Below are positions 18,272 through 29,549 of a stretch of DNA of 64,000 nucleotides, one piece after another. Both the position numbers and the translations under genes were made by a program. The number at the start of each line of letters is the position of its first letter. Position 1 is the first letter of the stretch. Under the pieces are notes generated by a model. The model was not told the DNA's origin. It saw only the letters and a list, made by a program, of their open reading frames with translations, and did not search any database. Source of the stretch: the human T2T-CHM13v2.0 reference genome, Homo sapiens; NCBI RefSeq assembly GCF_009914755.1, contig NC_060932.1; one strand, given 5' to 3'.

Positions 18272-19296
18272 TTACAGTCTGGCATGTTTTTGCAGTGTGT
18301 AGTACTGGTTTTTCCTTTCCATGTTTAGTGCTTCCTTCAGGAGCTCTTTTAGGGCAGGCCTGGTGGTGACAAAATCTCTCAGCATTTGCTTGTCTGTAAA
18401 GGATTTTATTCTCCTTCACTTGTCAAGCTTAATTTGGCTGGATATGAAATTCTGGGTTGAAAATTATTTTCTTTAAGAACGTTGAATATTGGCCCCACTT
18501 TCTTCTGGCTTGTTGATTTCTGCCGAGAGATCAGCTGTTAGTCTGATGGGCTTCACTTTGTGGGTAACCCGACCTTTCTTTCTGGCTGCCCTTAACATTT
18601 TTTCCTTCATTTCAACTTTGGTGAATGTGACAATTATGTGTCTTGGAGCAACAATTATGTTGCTCTTCTCGAGGAGTATCTTTGTTGCGTTTTCTGTATT
18701 TCCTGAATTTGAATGTTGGCCTGCCTTGCTAGATTGGGGAAGTTCTCCTGTATAATATCCTGCAGAGTGTTTTCCAACTTGTTTCCATTCTCCCTGTCAC
18801 TTTCAGATACACCAGTGAGACATAGATTTGGTTTTTTCACATAGTCCCATATTTCTTGGAGGCTTTGTTCATTTCTTTTTATTCTTTTTTCTCTAAACTT
18901 CTCTTCTGGCTTCATTTCATTCATTTGATCTCCCATCACTGATACCCTTTCTTCCAATTGATTGAATCGGCTACTGAGGCTTGTGCATTCATGATGTAGT
19001 TCTTGTGCCTTGGTTTTCAGCTCCATCAGATCCTTTAAGGACTTCTTTGCATTGATTATTCTAGTTAGTCATTCGTCTAATTTTTTTTCAAGGTTTGTAA
19101 CTTCTGTGCCATTGGTTCGAACTTCCTCCTTTAGCTCAGAGTAGTTTGATCGTCTGAAGCCTTCTTCTCTCAAATCGTCAAAGTCATTGTCCGTCCAGCT
19201 TTGTTCCATTGCTGGTGAGGAGCTGCGTTCCTTTGGAGGAGGAGAGGTGCTCTGATTTTTAGAGTTTCCAGTTTTTCTGTTGTGTTTTATCCCCAT
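18272..19296 (-). pseudogene. Disrupted L1 ORF1
   Basis: MGIKHNRKTGNSKNQSTSPPPKERSSSPA...; stop after codon 75; 11-nt insertion at ~18649-18659. Confidence 0.93.
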
Positions 19297-19299
19297 CTT

Positions 19300-20320
19300 T
19301 GTGGTTTTATCTACCTTTGGTCTTTGATGATGGTGATGTACAGATGGGGTTTTGGTGTGGATGTTCTTTCTGTTTGTTAGTTTTCCTTCTAACAGTCAGG
19401 ACCCTCAGCTGCAGGTCTGTTGGTTTGCTGGAGGTCCACTCCAGACCCTGTTTGCCTGGGTATCAGCAGCGGAGGCTGCAGAACAGTGGATATTGGTGAA
19501 CAGCAAATGTTGCTGCCTGATTGTTCCTCTGGAAGCTTTGTCTCAGAGGAGTACCGGGCTGTGTGAGGTGTCAGTCTGCCCCTGCTGGGGGGTGCCTCCC
19601 AGTTAGGCTACTCGGGGGTCAGGGATCCACTTGAGGAGGCAGTCTGTCGGTTCTCAGATCTGCAGCTGTGTGCTGGGAGAACCACTACTCTCTTCAAAGC
19701 TGTCAGACAGGGACATTTAAGTCTGCAGAGGATTCTGCTACCTTTGTTTGGCTATGCCCTGCCCGCAGAGGTGGAGTCTACAGAGGCAGGCAGGCCTCCT
19801 TGAGCTGTGGTGGGCTCCACCCAGTTTGAGCTTCCAGGCCGCTTTGTTTACCTACTCATGCCTCAGCAATGGCGGGCGCCCCCTCCCCCAGCCTCGCTGC
19901 CCCCTTGCAGTTTGATCTCAGACTGCTGTGCTAGCAATCAGCGAGGCTCTGTGGGCGTAGGACCCACCCAGCCATGTGCGGGATTTAATCTCCTGGTGTG
20001 CCGTTTGCTAAGACCGTTGGAAAAGCACAGTATTAGGGTGGGAGTGACCTGATTTTCCAGGTGCCGTCTGTCACCCCTTTCTTTGACTAGGAAAGGGAAT
20101 TCCCTGACCCCTTGCACTTCCAGGGTGAGGCAGTGCCTCACCCTGCTTCGGCCCACGCTTGGTACGCTGCACCCACTGTCCTGCATCTACTTTCTGACAC
20201 TCCCCAGTGAGATGAACCCGGTACCTCAGTTGGAAATGCAGAAATCACCTGTCTTCTGCATCGCTCATGTTGGGAGCTGTAGACTGGCGTTGTTCCTATT
20301 CAGCCATCTTGGCTCCACCC
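19300..20320. promoter_or_regulatory. L1 5'UTR bidirectional promoter: sense on -, antisense promoter (ASP) on + toward VPS13B exon 4
   Basis: Intact 5'UTR with YY1 core (gccatcttgg at 20303-20312); ASP activity is established for L1PA 5'UTRs but not shown for this copy. Confidence 0.6.
19858..20052 (+). CDS. Variant L1 ORF0, 64 aa, from a non-consensus upstream ATG
   Basis: MPQQWRAPPPPASLPPCSLISDCCASNQRGSVGVGPTQPCAGFNLLVCRLLRPLEKHSIRVGVT aligns to ORF0 (MAGAPPPASLPPCSLISDCCASNQRDSVGVG...); translation unproven. Confidence 0.35.
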   Translation: MPQQWRAPPPPASLPPCSLISDCCASNQRGSVGVGPTQPCAGFNLLVCRLLRPLEKHSIRVGVT

Positions 20321-20324
20321 ACTG

Positions 20325-20462
20325 TTTTTTTGTTTTTTTTTTTTTTTATAGACTGGGTCTGTTTATGTAGCCCAGCCTGGCTGCCAATTCTTTGGTTCAA
20401 GCAGTTCTCCACCCTCAGCCTCCTGAGTAGCTGGGATTATAGGAATATGCTACAAAGCCCTG
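20325..20462 (-). mobile_element. FLAM/monomeric Alu
   Basis: Single diverged Alu monomer whose T tail abuts the L1 5' end. Confidence 0.75.
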
Positions 20463-20602
20463 TTTCAAGTATAACTTGTATTTTAAATGAGTCCTAAGTC
20501 TTTATATAACTGATCTCTTTCAGTCTCTTCTAGTACACATTCAGCTTTCCTGTGCACATATATAATTGTATGTCATGCCTTTACTAGAAATACCACCTAT
20601 CA

Positions 20603-20933
<331 letters not shown>

Positions 20934-21797
20934 TTAACCTTAAATATCAGATCTTAAAAAAAAAATCAATTGGTAATTTCCTGGGTAGTGTAGAGCTTAG
21001 AGATTAGTGTTGTCTTATATGACTCATGGTCAGGCATCTGTTTTTCTGTTCTGAAATTTGCAGATCTCATTAGCATCATTTTGCAATGTTAGAGCAGACA
21101 TAAAAGTTAGATTATATTCTTCTTTCTTAGGAGACTGAGAAGATAATAGTGTCATTAACTGAATTAGGGAATAAAGGACAGAGGATTTTGGGGGAAACAA
21201 TGGGAGAAGGGGAAAAAGGAGCTGAATCAGTTGCAGAGTTATGAGTTTTGTTTTAGACGTGTTCAATTTGAGGTGCTCACATAAAAAAATTTTTTCTCAG
21301 TGCTACTTCCCTCATTATTTAATTTCTAAACTTTTATAATAATCTATTGCTAATGTTTCTGCTTTTGCTCTTGGCCAAATACTCAGAAGAGTCTTCTTCC
21401 TAAATGAAATACTTCATCTTTTTATTCTCCCATTCATAAGTTTAATTGGCTTGTTTAATATATAGAATAAAGTTTAAATTTCTTGGACTAATAGGCCCTC
21501 TGCCATTTGCCCTAGTTTCTTTTTACAGCTTGATATTTCACTGCTCTCTATTTAACCTAAATTGGGCTATCCATTATCATTTCAGTAAGGCATGTTACCT
21601 TGCCTTGTTCAACTTTTCCTTTTTCATTCCTGCAGGTACAGTCTTTTCAAATCTCTTGTTCTTTGTGATGTTTTCCTGACTACTCAATCTCACTCTGATT
21701 TTTCTTTTCTCAGGATAAGGAAAGGTTAGGTTGGATAGGTTAGGAAAGGATAGGTTGTTAATTTAGTATTATATTTTTCAGTTCCCTTTTTCTCATA

Positions 21798-21995
21798 GGG
21801 AGGCAGTAGGGCAAAGTGGTTAGTATTGGGCATTTAATAGCTGTGTGATTTTGAAGCATTTAATCTCTTTATGCCTTCGTTTCTTCATCTATAAAATGAG
21901 GATATTCTTGCATTCATAGAGTCGATTAGGAGGATTGAGATATGAACATAATGTCTTTAGCAGTATGTGACATATTGAAAGTGTTACAATGTTTT
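21798..21995 (+). mobile_element. MIR
   Basis: MIR core ctgtgtgattttg...ttcttcatctataaaatgaggata. Confidence 0.7.
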
Positions 21996-22042
21996 TTCTG
22001 TTTGTCTCTTTTTCATCCATCCCTGCCTTCCTTCCTTCTGTT

Positions 22043-22883
22043 TGTAAACCAAAAAGCATTTGAGACAAGTCTCAATTTAGAAGTTTATTTTGCCAAGGTT
22101 AAGGACAAGCCTCAGGACGTCCTGATGACGTGTGCCCAAGGTGGTCAGGCTACACCTTGGTTTTGTGCATTTTATGGAGACATAAGACATCAATCAATAT
22201 ATATCAAATGTACATTGGTTTGGTCTGGAAAAGCAGGACAACGTTAGGAGGAAGGGGCTTCCAAGTAATAGGTGGAATCAAAGATTTGCAGTTGGTTGAA
22301 AGAATTTATCTAAAGACCTGGAATCCATAGAAGGGAGTGTCTGAGTTCAGATAAGGGATTGTGGAGAACAAAGTTCTTATTATGCAGATGAAGTTTCCAG
22401 GTAGCAGGCTTCAGAAAGAATAGATTGTAAATGTTTCTTAATCACACTTAAAAAGGTGCCAGACTCTTAGTTAATTCTCTCCTGTATCAGAGAAAAGACC
22501 ACCAGGAAAGGGAAAGGGATTCTCTACAGAATATAGATTTTCCCCACAAGAGACAGCTTTATAGGGCCATTTCAAAATATGTATAAGGGTTATACTTTGA
22601 TTTCTTTCAGGGCCTGTGATCTGTCATGTGATGCAATACTAGAGTCAGGGTAGAATTTGGTGTCTTATTGCTACAAAAAGTCTTAAGATTTCTGTTTTAA
22701 TGTTAATACTGGTCAGTTGTGCCTGAATTTCAAGGAGAGGCGGGTATAATGAGGCATGTCTGACCTCCCACTCCCATCATAGCCTGAAGTAGTTTTTCAG
22801 GTTAAGTTTGGAATGCCTATGGCTTGAGCGGAGGGGTCCATTCAGATAGTTTTGGGGGCTAAGGATTTTATTTTTAGTTTATG
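22043..22883 (-). mobile_element. MER4-group (MER4D/E-like) ERV1 solo LTR
   Basis: tgtaaaccaaaaag...gaagtttattttgccaaggttaaggac at one end; minus strand begins aaactaaaaataaaatccttagccccc...tgaatggacccct. Confidence 0.8.
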
Positions 22884-22982
22884 CCTACTCTCCACTTTTC
22901 TTAAGAGAAGCTCTACTTTTCTTATCCTTGAAATACTTGCTGCCTAGTAACTGCTATTTCTTTGTGACATGTATAATCATAA

Positions 22983-23284
<302 letters not shown>

Positions 23285-25654
23285 TAACTCTTAAATTACT
23301 AACTTTTTAGTGTTTACATAGGTTTTGTTATTTGAGTAAATAGGTAAAATACTTAGATAAAGGTATCAATTTTACTACTTTTTTTAAATTTTTTTTTCCT
23401 GAAGGTGCCTAACACATACTTTTCTTTGCTCAGACATCTTTTGCTGAGGGAAGTTATATACAAGAAAACAAAGTGCAGTTAAATTAATCTGTTCAATAAC
23501 CCAGTTCCCCCCAGTGAATTTGGTAAAAATTAGATGGTAGAATGTGGTTTAGACCAGAGTAGTTCTGTATTTACTTTTTTTTTCTTCCTCCCTGAATTTC
23601 TGCCTATTTCACCTTCTAAATCTTAGAGTGGATCTCACAGTTTCAATTCTGTGGTTTAAAAAAAGTGGGAGAGGGAGGTGGCAATCGGATACACACCCAC
23701 ATACCCACCAATATGAAGGAAAGGAATGTCATAGGTAGCAATAAAGAACAAATTTTTCATAACATGTTTTGCAATTTCTCTGATATATGTTCTGGCATAG
23801 TTTAATAGTTTGATTATTCTGTGGCTGGGGCAGTATCATGGGTCGGGGGCTATGTGGGTGAAAAGAAGGCAGAGGAGAGATGGCTAATGGTTGAGTCATC
23901 TGGGAAAATGACTCTGGTCCTTTTACTGAGTAGCATGGGTCTCAGAGATTAGAAGAGCAGAGATTAGAAAAGCACATAGAAGTGTTCACAGTGAATATGG
24001 TGATCTCTTTTATTGTTAAAATGTGGCCCAATGAATGTTCAGCTTTTGGTCATTAAGGTTAGTTATATCTTCCTTTGAGATGATCAAATGAAAAGAATAC
24101 AAGGGAGGGTCATTTCTTTTTCCTTTTTCCAGCCTGTCATAACCCCTTTTTTCCACCCTTGATAGAAGATGGAAACAGCCTCCCTTGTGGACTAAAGTTG
24201 ATGTGTGAAGAGATTGGTGCTATATATTCCTCTTTATTTAAGCATGCTTGATATATATATTTTTTATGACTAAAGTTAAGGTTTTAAATATTGCTGTTAA
24301 GGTAGAGTTGAGTCAGATTTCTATTTTTACCATGAAAGTTAGTGAATGTGTTTTCCCTGGCTCTCTCTTGTGCTCTCCAAGTGTACCTCTGAGTAAATGA
24401 CTTTATTTAGCTTTCTGTCTTTGAAGTGTGCAGTATTACTCTCAGAGATTCTTTATTGCATCTGGCTGTTGTCATTGTACTTGCTACTGGAGAGGATAGA
24501 GGTGAATGTTCCTAAAAGCCTTGTAGCAGTTCATTTCTAAGCCCCTTTGGTGACCAGAGCTGACAGGTGAGTCTTAGTTCTTTTCTGCTTGCGAAGTTTG
24601 GTGCCACAGGGTTGAAGAGCATAAAGTACATCACCTCTTAGTTTCACTGTCCACTTTCTCCTTCTTCAGCTCTTTCCTGCATCTTAACCTCTTGCTCTGT
24701 AGTTTTAGACAAGGACTTCAATGATGTAGTCACTTGTTTTCAGTTTTATTCTAAATGTTATTCACACTATTGTGAATCTGGGAGTTGATGGTTTTCTAGT
24801 TTTAGTTGACAAACCCTGTGAGGGACAGGGAGAAAAGTGAGTAACATGAACTCATGATCTGTCAGTATGAAAGTAATGGATCTGTTTACGTGCAGTGTTT
24901 GCCACACATTTTTCCTCTGTTAGGAACTTTTGTAAGGAAATGACATTCTTGCTTGTTTCATGAGGAGCAAATGGCAGTATTTTCAGAAATAGCTATGTGG
25001 TCCCCAAGAGAAAACATTCTTTGGCCATGAAATATACTTACCAGACATTTTGGAAAATTGCAACCTAAATAAGATATGACTGTAATGCTTTTGGTGTTAA
25101 AGATTATCTTAAAATATTTTAGCTGGTATTTTTGAGAACAGAGTTTCTTTTATTAGTAATTAAGGGCTTTCAATGAACGAAAACTGTGTAATGGTCCACA
25201 GTGATGCCTACTGGTTAAAAGCAGATGATGAATTCAAAACTAATGGAAGTAATTTCAGTCTTAATAGTAAATATTATAATTATTCTTATTTTGCTTTATT
25301 TTTATTTATTTAATTTGATTGGGGCATGATTTGAATGGAAACTCACTTTTATTTGATACAACTAAAATGTAATTGAAATGAAAGCAAGTTCAAATCATTG
25401 AAAGGATTAATTTCTAATTATAGTATATACATTGTCAAAGTTTCCTAACCATAATTAAGAAAGAAGTGTTTACATGTTTGGTAATGTTTGGTTTATAGTA
25501 TATATTCCTATGAGTACCATGATTAATGCTCATTTTTTAAGCACACCAAAATTTCAAGTTTTTAAAATAAATTTTGTTTAGGCAAATAAAGTTATTTAGT
25601 TTGTTTTTCTTTTGAATAATAAATACATGTAGTTTGCAGGGAAGCTTTACTCAC

Positions 25655-26636
25655 TTTTTTTTTTTCAGTGCTATCATTATTTAATTGCTATGTATTATAT
25701 ACATTTTGTATACTTTGGTATATTTTATATTGGTAAAATCAATGGCACCACAAATTAAATATGTCAAGCACTTATTTTTAAAATTACACTGAATGACTCC
25801 TAAAGATGTCTATACAAATAATATTATAAATTTTATGATGTAGAGAGATAATTAAATCAATCAAATACAGTATCTTTAATTAAGACAACAGGAAAACCCC
25901 AAAGAGGATTTGGTTACTGGAAAGAACAGCACTTGAAAAAGAACAGCCTCATTAAGAAATGTGAAAGTTATGAAGAGTTAAATACAAAAGTGGACAAACA
26001 TATCTCACTTAGAGTTCTTTACACTGCATACTCTGGGAGTCTATGCTATTCAAAGCACCTCAAATTTGGAAATTTTTTTTTTTAAATTTTTTTTATTTAT
26101 TTATTATTATTATACTTTAAGTTTTAGGGTACATGTGCACAATGTGCAGTTTAGTTACATATGTATACATGTGCCATGCTGGTGCGCTGCACCCACTAAC
26201 TTGTCATCTAGCATTAGGTATATTTCCCAGTGCTATACCTCCCCCCTCCCCCCACCTCACAACAGTCCCCAGAGTGCGATGTTCCCCTTCCTGTGTCCAT
26301 GTGTTCTCATTGTTCAATTCCCACCTATGAGTGAGAATATGCGGTGTTTGGTTTTCTGGTCTTGTGATAGTTTACTGAGAATGATGATTTCCAATTTCAT
26401 CCATGTCCCTACAAAGGACATGAACTCATCGTTTTTTATGGCTGCATAGTATTCCATGGTGTATATGTGCCACATTTTCTTAATCCAGTCTATCATTGTT
26501 GGACATTTGGGTTGAGAGAATACTACAAACACCTCTACACAAATAAACTAGAAAATCTAGAAGAAATGGATAAATTCCTCGACACAGACACTCTCCCAAG
26601 ACTAAACCAGGAAGAAGTCGAATCTCTGAATAGACC
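25655..26636 (-). mobile_element. Young L1 (L1PA2/PA3-like) insertion: 5'-inverted ORF2 fragment, 3' end and 3'-transduced unique DNA
   Basis: TSD ctttactcactttttttt at 25645-25662 and 26636-26653; L1 3' end on - at 26073-26514; ORF2 fragment on + at 26515-26636. Confidence 0.88.
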
Positions 26637-29028
26637 TTTACTCACTTTTTTTTAACAAAAATTTGAAAACTCATCGTTTTCATTTAATCCCATTTTGCTG
26701 CTAATAATTTTTAAAAAATAGAGTAAAAATAACTTGTTCTTTCTTTTGCTTTAAAATGTTTGTCATCTCACATATGCCAGATTTATTGGACTGCAGTAGT
26801 TTTAGTGCATTTTGGCTGGAATGTTTATTATGACATCACCATAATCTATATACAGTATGTGATTTCAGATGGTTTCAGTGTTAAATATTTTCATAATTAT
26901 GCTAGTTTTGGCAGTTCACTTGGAACTTTTTCACATCTTTTTAATGAACATGTTTTACTTCTGGGCTTCTGAGACAACCATATGTTTCAAAAATTAATAA
27001 TGTGCTTTTAATGTTAATGTTGTGCAGAAGTGTATGACTATGGACATTTTTAAGGATTTAAGTTGAACTAAAAGTAATTACAGTGAGGCTTTATTCACAG
27101 TAGTAGTCTTTTAGTATTTAAGACTGTAACATCCCCCAAATAACAGAAGATGTCTTTATGAATATTGAATAGTGAAGTTATTTTGTGGAATGAAACCTGT
27201 GATGTTTGTTTTTCATTAACTTAAAATGAACATAAGTTCATGAGAAAATTTTCAGTGTTGTTTATGGTTGCAAGTCTTTTTGCTTGTATGAAGTTTCAAA
27301 CAAATTTTTTTCTAACGTATCACTACCATCTGAAGCCATGCTGTTTTGTAAAACACCTTTTATTGTATATTTCTCTTAGTGTGATAGTGAATAAAAGTTT
27401 TCTTAAAGAGGTCTTATTGTCGTTCTTATTTGCCTCTAGTACCCTGTTAGTTTGGTAAACTAGTGATGATTATTCTTTTATATGCTCTTGAAATTTTCCC
27501 TTCAAATATATAAAGTAGAAAAACTAAATTTAATACCATTCTTGTAAGTATTATAAAATAGTGTTATTATTGATTAATGAATTCATGGTGCGCAATGCAC
27601 TCTCAGCTACCCTTTGTGTTGGTATCTTTGATCTCTCACTCCACATGTGCATCTTTACTTCAAGCAAAAATGTATTCTTTTATCCTTAAAAAAGGAACAA
27701 GAAGTTAGTTGCCAGCTGATCTTCCCTCATGTTACTACTCTACCTATTTTCTCTTCGTAATGCCTATCTTCGTGAAAGAGCAATTTATTTTAATTGACTC
27801 CATGGTAACTTCTCATTCACTCTGAGCTACTCATTTACTGCTCCCACTTCTCTCCCTCTGTGGGAACTGCTAAATCACCTTTCTAATAGGTTAGTGGCAG
27901 CCTCCTCCTAATTACCAAATCCTGAAACAGGTCAACTAGAATGAGGACTAAGAATATCTCTATAGTTGTTAACATTACCCCATTTTTATTGAAAGGTCTG
28001 TGCCTTTAACTTCTTCCATCTTAGACACTGTATACTCTGGCCTTATTTGACTAATCATCATTCTTTGTACGTGCTACATACGTTGATACTGTTTTGCTTT
28101 TGCTTATGGTTCCTCCCACCACCCCTCATTTAGCCCCAGTCTAAACCTAAAACATTTCTACATTTGATTTTGAATGGCCTGATCTTTCTAGTTCTTCCAA
28201 ACAGAATGACTCTTTTTATACTCCTTATTACTTAAAAACAAACAAACAAACAAAAAGTATTGCTTTTGTAGAATTAGTTATACATGTGTTCGATAGATTC
28301 TGAAGTCCCTAAGGACAGGATACAAAGATAAATATATCTAATTTATCCTTGTAAATCCAGCAATTTGGCATGTAAGAGTATTATATACATGTTGAATCAG
28401 GACAGGAAAAAAGTACTCATTTGCAGTTATAAATACAGGGATAAATTTCAAAAATATGTATAATTTATTTGTTTCTGTTACTCATATTGAAACCCAGTTA
28501 AAACTTATACCTAACATGAATGATAATTTAGTATACATTGTTTAGTATACATTGTTTAGGAGAGGATTATAAGGATTATTAAGATTAATCATTAAAGATG
28601 ACCAAGATAGCTTGGATTGAAAATAGTGTTTTAACATATAAACAACAAATGGGGAAAAATTAAGAACCTTTTTATTTATTTTGCACTTACATAGAGATGG
28701 ATGTTGTTTAAAGGCTTTCATTAAGTCATTTTTTCTTTTGCTAGAGCCATAAATAAGAATTCTTTGGAGATTGTCAAGTAGTTTGTTTTGATATCAGCTA
28801 AAGAAAGAAGAATTTATAGTTTTAAACTATGAGTTATTAATATTTTTTAAATGCTGTTTGAGAATGCAAATTATGAAAATTGGTTATGTAGTTTTTAGAG
28901 CTAAAAAATAAAATTATGTTGATCTTATCTCCTGTAGCTACCATAAACTGCATATATTAAAAAATTTTTTTTCTTAATTCTTGAGTATGATCGATGGTTT
29001 TCTTTTTCTTTCTTTAAAATAAAAATAG

Positions 29029-29149
29029 GATGACCATGAAAGCTGTGGTTCTAATTCTACCAACCGTAGTACTGCTGAGAGCACAAAATCATCAATCAAA
29101 CCGCGGAGAATGCAGCAGGCTGCTCCTACAGATCCTGACTTACCACCAG
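29029..29149 (+). CDS. VPS13B: VPS13B coding exon (exon 4), 121 nt, phase 0 to 1
   Basis: atag|GAT...CCAG|gtaact; translates DDHESCGSNSTNRSTAESTKSSIKPRRMQQAAPTDPDLPP, recognised as human VPS13B N-terminal region. Confidence 0.97.
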
Positions 29150-29168
29150 GTAACTTCTAATGGGATCA

Positions 29169-29549
<381 letters not shown>

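Noticed and set aside
28527-28559. 14-bp tandem repeat tttagtatacattg
   Set aside because: Trivial local duplication.
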